From: Vicugna vicugna
Lineage: Eukaryota
NCBI GenBank assembly: GCA_013265495.1
Contig: MU061579.1
Span: 4,054,327-4,118,326, forward strand
DNA: 64,000 bases
Direction of reading: 5' to 3'
Shown here: piece by piece, positions 24,691-38,680 of the stretch
Position numbering within the stretch: the stretch's first letter is position 1
How the letters are laid out: each line of letters begins with the position of its first letter
Translations under genes and position numbers: made by a program
Notes under the pieces: generated by a model
What the model was told of the DNA's origin: nothing
Seen by the model: the letters and a program-made list of their open reading frames with translations, nothing else
The model's database searches: none

Positions 24691-27600
24691 CTTCTATATG
24701 GTTATTATAAACCTCCAACAGCTTTGAGTCAAATAATATTTTATTTTTGAAGTAACAAATCAGGCCTATGAGATAAAAATATCTGAAAGATCTCAAATTG
24801 AAATAACTATGTGCTTTGGTTATTATCACTGAATTTAACTAATATGAAAAACATTGTTATTTTAGTAATATTTAGAGTTTTGAAGACTAGTTGCAATGTA
24901 AACTCAAAGTTAAGATTCAAAGTCTTGGGTTACCAGTTGATTTCAGAATGAATTATTCAATAATGATAATGAGAAAGTATCATCTTTCCATGTGAGCCAG
25001 AAAAAGTAAAAAAAAAAAAATTACCTTTCCCTGGCATATATTCTCAGTTTATTAAAGAAGCCATCTTAAAGGAGTCAAATATATGTTGGATGAATATATA
25101 ATAAAGAATTAGAAATAGTTATTTCAAAATATAATCATATACTAAAAACAAACAAGCAAACAAAAAACACTTCTCAAAGGTACTTCTCTCTGTGAAGTCT
25201 TTAATACTTTCCCAGGCCACTAAAGTTGCCACTTTAAATGCAAACTTAAGAATACTTTGATAGTACTTTTTTGCCTGACATTACCATTGTTGCTTTATAT
25301 GTAATCCCTCTGCCATAGAAAGTATATTATTTAAAAGCAAAAATACAACACAGCACCTAGGACACTTTATCAGTATTTATGGAACAAATTAAGTACCTGA
25401 TTAAATTCTAGAAATATGTCTTTTAATCTAAGGTCCTTTGTTTGTTCTGATAAGGTGTCGGGTATTGTCAGTATGATGGATACATGTCACTCTGTGTCCT
25501 TAACCACTACATTACCAGTTAGCAGATAAAACTGGAAAATCTGTGGTGACAAATTAACATACTTATTAAAGAATCTCATTTTAAGCAGCTAGTTTTTAAC
25601 CTCCATATGCTGGGTACCCACTTACTATGGTACACTGAAAGAAGGACCATTTCACTCTGAATGGGATAACTTTATAAAAAGGTTTAAATGCCTTTATCTA
25701 TATCCTTCTGATCTATTTTGCTTTTAAAACTAGTAACCACTACTCCTATTTATATTTATTTGTAATTTAAAGGTATTTTCTTTGTTTCTTGGGTGCTAAG
25801 TAAATGCAGATTAATCATAAGATGAAATAAAGCCTGTTCTTCTCACCCAAACAACTAGACTTAAATCCCAGTCCTAATACAATGTTGGTAACTCTGAGCA
25901 AGTCAATAAACTGCTTGGTGACTCAGTTTCCTGGTACTGGGTGGTAGACTTTTCATACTAGTCAGGTTGTAAATGTTTGGAATAGTCAAAATTAAAAATG
26001 CAAATACTAGATGGAGCCATGTTGAAGGAATAACTACTCTTAACATTGATATTTCTTCTGTTCATGTCTTCATTCATTTAAATACATTATATGCCCAGTA
26101 TGGTCAAAGTACTGACTAGGAGCTGTAAACTGTACACCAGTTTGTGAACATTTTACCAATGAAATAATAGGATTATTATTTTTCAAAATCTCTTCACATC
26201 TCTGAATACAGTTTATTCACAGAACAACTCTGGGCACCTTTAATTCATAAATAGTAATAATACTCATCTTTCAATCAAGTACTTACTGTATTAGAGATTC
26301 TGTGTTAAGATCTTTAAATACCTTTTTTTTTAAATTTTACACTTTGAAAGGTTTATTTTAATTCCCATTTCAAAGCTGTAATAGCTGTAAAAGAGTAATA
26401 TTAAACAAACTACATTCTATGTGGCAGAAGCAAGCATGATTCCACTGATGGTTAACTGTAGGGCCAATAACTAACAGCTGAAATAACTCTTCAACTCTGA
26501 AATAAGTTTAACGTAGGCTAAAAGGGATTATAAAATGTAAAATTTTATATAACTTAATTAAACCTGTTAAGAGTATTGATTAACTTTCCTGTTAAATAAA
26601 ATACATTAGGAAGGACAGTAGAGCTGGGATGAATATTGTATCCTGGTATGCCTGAATTCAGTGTTGGATCAGTCATGCTTCATTTCTGTGTTCTTGAGGG
26701 AGATTATTCACAAGTGTTGTTGACAAATGGAAATTCTAAGTACTGTTTCATTACTCTCTGGTGTAATTAGCCATTGCCAATATCCCAACCTGGCTTGGAG
26801 TATATGTATAAAACAGGCTCTATAATCCAAGCAGGGTCATTCTTTAAAACCGTAAATTCCAGTCTTGGAACCAGCAAACAGCCACTGAAACCTGGAAGAT
26901 AAACCACTTGGAGTATATATGATATGAAAGAAAGAGGATCTTCAAATGTACCTACTCAGTTCATCAGTCTATTCACACAAACACATGGACAGAAGAAAAG
27001 AAGGCTGCAGAAATAAAAATTTTTACACTATGGGATGCAACTTAGTAAATGTAGCTCCAAGAGTGTCATGGGATCAAACTAATAAGAGAGTTGTTCCTAC
27101 CTCTTGGAGTAAAGCTAGAAGGCAATTGTCAAAAGGATGTATGCTAAACTCTTAAGAACCATGTGTTTTTGTTTGGTTTTATTTTTGTTTGTTTTAATTA
27201 TAAATGTTATGCTTAATCACTAGGCAGCACTGCTTATAGCCAAATATCAAACCCGAGTTACAGTATTACTTTTCTTCCCGACCATCTTATGTTTAATAGA
27301 GTAGGAAAAAAAATACACAAATACAGAGAAAACAATACAGAATACCTTCAGTGATATACAGTCCATAAAACTGTAATCTTTTTAAGCTAAAATATATTTA
27401 TTCAATACCTGATTTATGCATAAGTAAATGAGTCTAGAATTCCTGGCATTAACCTTTTAGGCAAATCCATTGTCTAGAATAATAACAATGTAGTTACAAT
27501 AAAAAAGACATTTATCTTAAAGTCATGAGAGATGAGCTCTTCACTTTGTCTAATACAAACTATGAAATCTTTTGCCTTTATTTTTTGATTTTTAATATTT

Positions 27601-28419
27601 GAGGGATCACAAAGTCCTTCTAAGTTTGTAGTTTGAGAATTTTTTTCAATGTATTTACCACTATAATCCCTACCAGTAATTCCTTAATCCAGATTCTCAT
27701 CAGACCCCAACTTAATTAGTATAACAGCTTCTTAGTAATTATTTCTTTTTTCTCAATAATGAACTTTCTAAGATACAAATCTGCCCTTGTTATCTCATCC
27801 TTATAAACATATGATAGCTACACAACACTCATGAAGGGACTTTGAGCTTTTTAGCATGACATGGAAGACCCTCTGTAGTCTTAATAATGTCATCTTGACC
27901 AGTCACATCCCTTTCATTCTCTTGCATAGGACATTGCAGAAATATTAATTGACTTTCTGTTCCATATTCCTGGAAGCAAACAGTTTACAGTTTTCTTCTT
28001 CTGGATAACTTCCCTTTAAGTTTGATTGAATACCTCCTAATTCTAAATACACATTTTGTTAAAAGTATTTCTCATAACTTTATATAGTAACAATTTTTGT
28101 AATACTATAGATTGAAAAATCAATCATAAAAATGCTAAGTTAATTCCTGAAGTTATGCTATTAAAAATTGAAAATGCTTAATTTCAAATCCTGTCTTTTG
28201 TATACTACATTTCATTGCCCTAAAAAGTTTTAATGGGACTGGAAACTAACCTGTTATATTTCACCTGAAGCATTGAACTTCATCTACCTCATCACAGAAG
28301 AAATTACCCGAATGTCTATCTGATCATAACATCACCCTTAAAAGAAAGGTCAGGAGTCACATTTGTTATGACCATTTCCTGTAACTCTGTAAAGAAATAG
28401 ATAAATCTTATTCTACTTG

Positions 28420-28700
28420 CTTTTTATATCCTATATATATTTACAATATTTGATATATTTTATTTAATGTTATATATTAAATATGTATTTAATATATTTA
28501 TGGCATTTAAAATATATTTACATATTTACAATGTATTTGTAAATATGTAAATATATAAATATTGCTTTTATATATCAAAACTATATATGAGCTATAAAAT
28601 TCTACATATTGATTATCTAATACATATGTATGCCTTGTTGCCTCATCTTCATAATTATACACTTAGCAAATATATATTATGAATATGCAATTAGGAAAAT
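28420..28700. repeat. AT-rich low-complexity tract
   Basis: Degenerate (TA)n/atattta repeats. Confidence 0.6.
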
Positions 28701-31700
28701 ATATGAATTGAAATCTTTTGTACAACCAATAGAAAATTGGTTAGAAAGAAAGTTAATTCTTTCATTGTTCTCATTGTATATCTAAGGTTTCAGTTTCCTT
28801 CTTTGTTTATATTCGTACTTTTCATTTCAAATATAGTGCACCAAAAATAACATGAGAGACTCCCTCCTTTTGCCTTCAAAAACTAAATTATTTTCCTCCC
28901 TTCTTCTCTCCTAGCCTGCCTGCCTCCCTTCCTTTCTTCTCTCTCTTTCTTTCTCTCTTATTTTGAAAATGTGGGCCAACAGTTTTCTCACTATTTTTGA
29001 AGTTATTTGCCAGCTACTCCATAAAAAGGAAGGCATTATATAACAAAAATATAAAGCAGGTCAGCTATCAGCATTATGAGCTGTTTAAGTAAGATCGTAT
29101 TCCAAGTATATACAAATAAAAAAGCCTGAGACCCAGATCTGAATGGAGTGAATATGGTCAATAAAAAGTGTTTTAGTGCCTTCATTTTTACTGTTTGTTC
29201 CTGCTTTTATGATATAACTTGAAGACTTTCCAAATGAAAATACAGTAGGAGTCTGTGAAATTGAAACATCCAGTTCACTTTTCTTTTATTTTACTAGCTT
29301 AATTGGGAAAAAATACTGTACTGTGCTTTCCGTTGATGTATGTAGTCTATTTTGGCATCTTTCAAGTCCCAGTAGGAAATTCTTTTTCTTTTGTTGTTTG
29401 TCACTAAAATCAGCTCGTGTACTTGAAGCTGCCAGCTCTTATACTTCTCTTCAGCTGCTACAGTCCACCACTTGCCCAATTACCTATTATTTCTTGTATG
29501 CGGGAATGATCTCGCGCAACCTTGAATCATCCTGTAAGCTATAGTCAGAACTCCATGGACATCCCTGTTCATTAAATAAGGAACTTTTGTGATTAGCCAC
29601 AATAGAAGGTTCAGCCCCAGTTTTTTTTAAGCCTTTCATGAAACTGCCACAGTCCATTAAAATGTCTATCTGTGGTCTTAACAACATTAATTCTTTAATT
29701 CAGGAAGTATGACCCATGATCTTTTAACCATTTGAACCCAGAATGCTAGGTTGGTTTAGGAGATAATGTAAAAAAAGAAAAAAAAGAAAAAAAATACCCT
29801 TGGGGGATTGAAAATAGTAACAAATATCTTTATTACATTTTTACCATAGGCTCATTTCTAAACTTTTTTTTTCAATTTACCAAGTTTAAAACAGCACCAA
29901 AGTTGTAAGCATTTTGCTGTCTTTTTTCCTGTTCCATAATTCTTTAAAACAATAATTATGTGAATAAATATGTGAAACCACTCAGCATGCATTTTTTCCC
30001 AAGTTTTTTAGATACACTTCCACCCTGACCTAGTAACACTAAGCAACCCTATTTTATTATGAAAAATGTAAACACATTCCACTTCTAATGATAATGCAGA
30101 GAAGCCTATTAAAAAAGATTTCTTTCCCCATAAATGTTATGTTAAGTAACTTTATATAAATACCAAAACAATAGCAAGTCATAATTATTTGTACATATTC
30201 ATTGTTAGGAACAATGATTTCCTAAATGGATTTTAAAATATGGATCTTTATATATAAATCTAAGACAAAACTCAAAGTACAAATAAGACAAATTCATGTT
30301 AAAATCTTGAAAAATGTATTTCAAAGCAGATTTATCTATGAGATGATGGACATAGCTTGTCAAGGCAAATTCTTACCATTACGCGGGGAGATCAGAAAAG
30401 GGTGCAGTGTGGATAGGGGTGACTTTTTCTTATATCAAGGTTCAACAATAATTTTACTATAGTAATTAAAGTCTGGTATTCAATAGGTCATAGAATCAAT
30501 TGACTGGAAGCCAGCTTCAGAGATCTTTGGTCCCTACTGACGTTTTCCTGAGGACTTAAGAGTGTTATTGAGTAAAGAAGGACAGAATGGTGCTTATGTC
30601 AAATTATATTCACAAGAAAACTGCAGGACTTAAAATATATACTATCTTGTCTTTTCTAAGTCATTTTTGATTTATTTATTAAAATGATATATAAGACTTG
30701 AATGACATTTTTAACAATAAAATTTTTGTTATTTATCTACATATTAAGTGCCCTGTTTGCAGCACATTTAATTACTTTTACAATTAAATATTTCAGTTTA
30801 ATCTATGTGCTTGATAGTAAGGAATTTATAAAGTATAGATGTTCTTCAATATTTTGTGTTGACAGTAACTAAGAAACCTCTCCCACCCATATAATTTTTG
30901 AAACTATTAGCTGTTGTGTAATAAATATATTAACTCTAATGTACCACATTACATGCTTGACATGTATCTGCCTTTAATATTTGTTTCTTTAGTGCAAATT
31001 AGTAATATATGTAAATTAGAAAATTTTATTTATAACATTTATGTAACTTTTCTTAGGTTGTTGGATTGATTGATTTATACTGATGACCTTTCAGAGTGAT
31101 CAAATGCTTGAGGGTGAATTTATAGAAAGCATAAAACCAACATAGTACATTTATAAGTCAACCTTAAATAAATCTCACATTGTAAATAAATCAAGGTGAT
31201 GTGAATAATATTTAAGGCTATTCATTCCCAACCATTCAGTTTCTTTGTCACATTATCATTTACAGTCCTTATATAGTACTTAACTATATAATACTGTCCC
31301 ATTTCCTCATTATTTATAAGAGAAATATAATACAGATATTAAAAAATCAACATAAATCAATGAAGTGATATATTTTAATTCCTACCTTATAGTACACACA
31401 TTTAATGTTAATTAAGTGCTCAGGTGATTAAAATTGCCCAGAGAGATAGTAATGTTCAAAGCAATAAGAGAAAAAAAAAGGCAAATTTTATTTAAAAAAA
31501 AGATCTTCTCTGCTCTAAATTTGGTTATTTTTAATTATGTAAAACTCTGCCTATTTAATTAATGTATGTGAGCCTACAAGTTTGTGTTGCTCATTTAAAA
31601 CAATATATTTTGCCTGGTGAACATCAGAACAAAGAGAATCAGTAAATTATAACATATGATTGGAAGTAAATTTAATATTTCATCCATTCCAAAGTTGCAT

Positions 31701-34700
31701 TATACACTTTAGGAAAAAAAAGTATTTTTCTCAAATGTTTTTTTCAAAACTGAAAAAAAATCAGCCTGGAAATAGTTAACAGTACCAATCTCGGAACACC
31801 TGAGTTCTTCAGCAAGATTGAAAGCACCATGGAGCTGATGAGGGGATATTTGAAGTGCCAATCAAGGAGCTGTTCCCAAATCCTCCCACATGGTTGAAAT
31901 CCTGCTGTCAAGAACATATTGGAAAGTTGTTTGTTCACTTGAGGTGACAGATACAGATTGTGACAAGCCTCATATTGGGACTTCAGCCCGAGGGGATAAC
32001 ACAGAGTGCAATGAGAAATGCAGAATTAATGGAGAAAAATGTCACTTGCCAATCTCCCTACTCACAACTTATTTCACTTTGGACTACAGTTCACAGTATT
32101 ATTTGGGAAAAGAAAACAAGCATATGTGAAATTTTATCTTGTATTTTATATTTGAATTCTTAAGACATAGTGCTTAAATTTAATACAGGATCAAGTAAGT
32201 TTTTTTTAAGTATTTCAATTAATTGTGTTTTTTAACTTAGTGAAAAAGTTACTCATGATAAAATTAAACTGGGAAAATTTGAATGGAGAAATTATATCTT
32301 AAATTTGAATACTTATTTGACTATCTGAATATATCATTGCTTTGGTGGTAGTAAATACATCTCTGTATCTATCAGTTTTATCTTTCAATAAGACAATGCA
32401 TGCTTAACTCTAGAGCTCTTTATTCCTCTCAAAGCACTTAAATAAACATCTCCTATATGATTTGCAGTTGAGGAACCACAAAGTCGACCAGTAGGTATTC
32501 AGAACCTGTATCTTCTGTGTTCCTAGGGCACTGTCCTCCCATTCTAGTTTAAGAACTTTCTAAGGCTTTAAAGCATCATTTCCATAGAGCTGAAATTTGG
32601 GTGAAAATTATGAACATAGCTAAAAGACATTTTTGCAATAAAAATCTCAATAATTAAAACTCAGCTTTACTGCATACCCGTTAAAGGAATTCAGACTTTT
32701 GGCCATTCTATTAAATCTTTCTTAGTGGTAGCTTTTTTGTGTAAATGGCAAAAGCACTTACAATATAGAGATTACACATATGCACACACACAGAGAAACA
32801 TACTCATAAACTGTTATCAAGAAACTAGAAATACTGATACAACATATATTGTGTTATACAAATGGAGAATATATCTTTTTTCAGAGCCCCAAGGAAAATT
32901 TGTCCAAGGATAATAACAATTTAAAAAAATAGTGGTCACATAACAACACAGAAATTTTCAATGAATTTCTGAAATCATAAACTGTATGTTGGATATTGTA
33001 CTATATTTTAATTCAATACAATATATTTAGAAATTAATTCAAATTAAATTAGCAGTCCTCAATCATGTGACAGTTTTATAAAAAGTTTAAAAATATATTG
33101 GTTTAAAAAAGAAATTTAAGTAAAATAAATCAGAAGTTGAGACATATATAAAATCTGACTGTGGAGATGTTCCTCAATGAAAAAACCTATAACTTGAACA
33201 GTTTTATTTAAAAACTGGAAATTTAATTAATTAGTGTTTATCTCTAAATTTAAAATTATTTTTTAAAAATTAATAAAACAGGAAACAAATAATAAATATT
33301 AAAATTAAAAAGCAAGTCCTAAATTATAAAATATAATTAACCATATATTTAAAATGGCACAAAGAAAAAAATTCATGTATTTTAGAAAAAATTCATATAT
33401 TTTGAAAATTATACCTATTAAAATATATGAAAAGTAGATAATATTCTCTTGGAAAAATTAAATATTTATATCAATTTTGAATCACAAAACATGAAGAAAT
33501 ATTTGGGTTTATAGCAATTTTCAAGAAAATGGATCATCTGTTCTGAAAGTTTTGGATATTTTGAAAAAGCAGTTGTTGAAAAAATATTCTATTTTGTAGA
33601 TGACTCATAAAAATTATTTATATCAATAACAGCATTTAGTGAATTGTTATATGTTGGGACTTAAAAATGAGTAAGTGTCTTTCATGCAGTTATCTCTTAG
33701 AAAATATAATAGGAGTAAAGAATCCAACTTAGATTACAACACAAAACAACAAAAACCTAAGTTGCGAGATAGTTGTAAATAAAAATATACCTACATGAGG
33801 AATATAAATTGACTCAACTTGTTTTTGCCAAAAAATGGAGAGATTTTGCAAATATTAATGCAAAGTAAATATCCTTCAACTAAGATTTTTATACTATGTA
33901 AGCCAGTTCTAAATATTTGTTGAATATGTGAGAATGACTGCAAATCTGGAAAAAAAAAGCTTAAAATTTTTTTCCTATCCAGATATTAATGAGTATTATG
34001 CATTCTCATTTCTTAAACTATTTCTGTTGCACAAAGAAAAATTAAATTAATAACATAAACTGAATAGGTTGTAATAATTTAAGTTAATGTTCAAAACATA
34101 AATCTGTGCATAAAGTCACTAAGGAAATAATGGCTAGAGGACTTATTAGGTATTTTTTTAAAATTCCAAATCATATCTTCACTCTGTACAAAAATATTTA
34201 AAAATTCAAAAAGTTAACAATGATTTTTTTCTTTACCATGATTTTTCATTCATTTGTACTATAGTAAGCATGTAGGAAAAATAAAATTATATAGAAGTAA
34301 TTTTATGTAATTTTTAGTCATGTTTTTAATGTGTCCTTTGTAACACACATTTCCTAAATTTATTAATTCCCCTTGGATTAGCTAGTCATGTCAGCATAAT
34401 ACAGTCTCAGATAAAAATTAAAAATCAACACACTCTTTGTAGTGTTGACAGTTAATAACAGCTGCAAAACATGAGAATCTATAATAATTTTCCTTGGATA
34501 ATGACATGTTTTGACTATATATTCACTGATACTCTGTTAATGAGACATGCAGCAAATGCTGATTTCTCTGCTACTTTTCATAGAGCATCTGTCATTAAAA
34601 TATTAATAATAATAATTTTTGACCTGGAGGAATAAGTATGTGAATTTTCTTAAGTTATTATGCAAGAATATTTTTCTTTCCTTCCTCCCTTCCTCTTTTG

Positions 34701-36382
34701 CTCCCTCCCTCCACTTTTCCTTCTTTCTTTCCTTCTTTCCAATAGATAATGAATCTTCCTATCAAGGAAGCTTTTATACAGGAACAGACTCCATGCTATT
34801 AGGAGACAGTATTACATTAATTTAAGTTATTGCCTTGCTGTAATTTTTTTCCATTTTATATATTTAATTGTAACAAGCTGAAAACCACTACATGTTTAGA
34901 AGTAGTGGCTGCTAGAAGCATGAAAGCCAAAGAGGGCATAAAAAGCAAAATAACTCTTATACTGATAGTCTACAAAAAGTATGAGTATACTTATTTATTT
35001 ATACTTTGGTTTGTGTCCTCCACTCCCCACTATAACCCTGCTTTCCCCAATAAAAAAATTTTTTTTTAATAAATAAAAAGAGACATCTTGTTTGGTATCG
35101 TAGACTGTAAACCCTGGTAGTATTTCTTAAAATCTGTTACTGCAGATTACTCTGTTAGAGATAGGCATTTATTTCTCTAATATTTTGGACAATTTTATGT
35201 GTCATCTTGTGTGTATATGATCATGGAAACTACTAAAACTAACAGGGGCTAAAGTTTTTGTTGAGAATCAGAATGAGAAGATGCGATGAAAGGAAAACGG
35301 ATGAAAATTTGATGCACTCCATTAACAGTATTAGTCACTCTGTAGAAGAAGACAATAATAATCTGAAAGTTAGTTTAAATTAATATTTTGTAGAAAGAAA
35401 TCTGTCTCCTAAAATGCAAATTAGAATTTTTTGGTATTCAACATTTTTGTCAGATAAAAGTTAATCAAATGTGAGGTATTCAGAATAATCATTGGTGTAA
35501 TAACTTATATTTTTAGCCTTCTAAATAAAACCTTATATAATCTGATAGAGCAAAGTGAATTAGTAGAATACATCAATATTCAGGTGCAGGCTTCCTACAT
35601 AAATTGTTTAGAATGAGTTGCTGATGGATTAATTTTACTTTAAGTCAAGATTGAGTGATGGATACAAAATTGATCAGATTCCACAGGCATAAATTTTAAT
35701 TGGACTAGCAAAGTATGCCACAATAAAAAATTAAAATGTGCTTCTGTACGTACCCCATATACATACTCAAATGTAAATATCCGTATGTACAGTTAAGAGA
35801 ATAATCTGTTAACCATACTTTAAGGAGACATAAAATTATGAAACATGCACTTCTAAAATTTTATTTGAACTAATTTTTTAAAATGTTGAACAGGTAAAAG
35901 CAATAGTATTCTTATAGAGCATATATCTTCTTCTAAGAAAAATAGTATGTTAAAACTATAATAGCAAGTTGACTGACCGAAGGTGCAGAATTGTGGTTTG
36001 GAAAGAGAAACTAGGAAAGGAGGGCTAGGGGCATTTTTCCCTTTACAAATGTGGTAAAATTTTCCTGATTAGGAAAAAGAAATAGATAAATTAAAAAAAC
36101 ATGAACAGATTTGAAAAGCCATCTTGTCTGTAAATACAGTTTCATTAAGAAACACCTGAAAAAATAGCCCTTAAGAGACAGCAAGGACTGATAGGCACAA
36201 CACACCTTGCCATTTCCAGGCTTTATGCATTTACTAGTGTGCTGCCTATATTTTCCACCCATTGAAATCTTACTATTTTTAAATAAAATATTTTATGGAT
36301 GGTCTTTGACATGAATTAAAATAGTTTTTAGTAGATTTATATAATAGTCGATTTATTATGATGAAAATATTAACAGATGTCC

Positions 36383-36946
36383 TGTTGGTGGAATATTATT
36401 GGTTACTTCTGAGAAAAAAAAAATCAAAAACAAAAGACAGCATCCTCTGGCCTTGAGAAGCTGGCCTGACACTCATAGCTAAGTCATGTTATTGTCCCTT
36501 TAGACATAAATTATCACACATAATACCAACTTAAGATAACTCTGAGACCATGATAAAATGAGACAAAGCATGGCCATTTCTTAATTTTTTCTAAACACAT
36601 ACAAAAATAAGTAGCCTATGCCACAAACAAAATACCAAATACCCCTTTTTTTGGTCAAAAGAAATGATTACTACATTTTTACCAATTACAGCTTTATCCT
36701 GCTGCCAGTTTCCCACCCTAGAGATAAGATTTAATAAGATACCCAATCATACAGTTTTTTCCTACTCTCTAACATCATCCAATCTATAGCAAACTTCTAC
36801 TTCTTTATACGCTCCTCCCCAAATCACCCAATGAAAACTCAAATCCTATACTAAATTTTTGCTAGCATCCTCTTATCGATATGGTGTGATTCCCTGTAGT
36901 GCATATTTATGTGTTCCTGGTAGTCTTTGGCTATAAAACATTGAAA
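36383..36946 (+). mobile_element. ERV1-class solo LTR (MER110/MER90-like)
   Basis: TG start; ccaattacagcttta; gataagatttaataagatacccaatcata; ctccccaaatcaccc; aaatcctata; ends gtgttcctggtagtctttggct...cattga. Subfamily uncertain. Confidence 0.65.
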
Positions 36947-37440
36947 CGTAAATAGAAGTTACATATTCTGTAATTGAAGTTTTCTCAGTATTAGGTGAAA
37001 AAACATAAAATTTGAGTTACTATTAATCAGCATTGATGCCTGTAATTGTGTATGACTTCATTTTGTTTTCATTCACTGAACATCTTTTTAAAATTGAACC
37101 CTTACCATGTTCTAGGATTTTAAGGAACTGTTGTATATATAATGATGAACAAAACAGATGTATTCTTACATCCTGTTGTGATTAATTCCAGTAGTGGAGA
37201 TACATGAAACTTGGCTACTTACTTGTCTGGTCATATAGATAGTGCTGGATACAAGTAACTGCAAGGCCTCCCCAGTCTCAATATCAGGAATGGTTTCAAG
37301 CTCCCAGAAACTTTATTCTGTAGTATTCCTTCTAGTCTCCTGACTTCTACACGTTTCACATCCCATCAGGACATCAGAACCTTACAATCTGTTGATGCTA
37401 CCCATTTTTCAATCCCACATTAGCTTCATTGCTTCATCTC

Positions 37441-37576
37441 TTTATTTTTTTTTATTTTATTTTTTTGTGGTGGGAGGTAATTAGGTTTATTTATTTTTTT
37501 AATGGAGGTACTGGGGATTGAACCCAGGACCTCATGCATTCTAGGCAGGCACTCTACCACTGAGTTATACCCTCCC
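37441..37576 (-). mobile_element. tRNA-derived SINE, camelid Vic-1-like
   Basis: The minus strand reads GGGAGGGTATAACTCAGTGGTAGAGTGCCTGCCTAGAATGCATGAGGTCCTGGGTTCAATCCCCAGTACCTCC (A box, B box), then A-rich/AACCTAATTACCTCCC and an A-tail. Degenerate TSD attgcttcatctct / actgctcatttctt. Confidence 0.88.
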
Positions 37577-38199
37577 ACTGCTCATTTCTTAAATTCTGTT
37601 GTCTGTCATTTTCATCTTGCATCTTGTTCTCCTCTTTAATTTTATTGAATTCATTTGGGGAGGGGGACTGGATAAGGCAGATAAAACAGTTCTGCTCTCT
37701 TTGGCAGTAGCTAAATGTAGCTGTAGAGAAAAAAAAGGAAAATAAACATGGATAGTTTCCAGTTAAATTATTGACCAATAACATTAAATAGGCTCTTAAT
37801 ATTTCTGTTCATCCTACAAAATTCCATGGTTTATCAAGCTCTCTCTGTCTAGAATATTTATTTGTAACCCTGAATGTCTTCAGATCTCCAGCACTATTTC
37901 CCTCGTCCTTACTCCCAGTTGATGTCTTTGCTTTCTTATTCACTGATAGGATAGAATAAATAAGAAGACAAATTTTAAATGATACCGTGACCACATCCGG
38001 ACATCTGCCTAGATTTATGCCCACATTCTCTGAATTGCTGATTACTATAGATGGACTATCTGGATTCCTGTCAAAGGTCAAACACTGAACTAATTCATTA
38101 GATACATAGATGGTGACGAAGAAAGAAGTGTTCTAAAAATGGAAGAAAACAGACATTTCTCAATATAAGGATAACAGAAATATTTATTAACCAATCTAT

Positions 38200-38680
38200 G
38201 GGGAAGGAATTTAACAATACATTGAACATTAAAATACATATAGCCTTTGACCCAGTAACTTTACTCAGTAATTCTATATACAAATGTCATACTTATAAAT
38301 GTATGTGTACATATATATTATAAATGTATGCTATATTTATATACCATATGTTTTACATATATATTTATATATACTTGTAGAAATGCACAATATACACACA
38401 TAAATAAATATATTATTTTCTAATTTATGAAATGTTGCATTTACAAGGATATTCACTGAGGTTTTGAAGAGTATAAAAATAGAAACAAACATGTTCAAAC
38501 TCCTGTAGATTATAGGACATTTATAAAATGATAAATTATTCTGTCGTTATAAAGGAAAAGAAAACCGATATGTACTGATACATAAAACTTACAAAATATT
38601 ACCTAAAAAGGGCAAGGGGCAAGAAGTTTATGTAGTTTGCTGCCATTCATGATACCCTATATTGCCATATACATAAAATG
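38200..38680 (+). mobile_element. Degraded ancient L1ME-like 3' fragment
   Basis: tacatatagcctttgacccagtaactttactc; tacaaggatattcactgag; gatatgtactgatac. Confidence 0.5.

Noticed and set aside
37500..37576. tRNA gene
   Set aside because: It has A/B boxes but is followed by a SINE-specific tail and A-rich end, with no acceptor stem; it is a SINE head.
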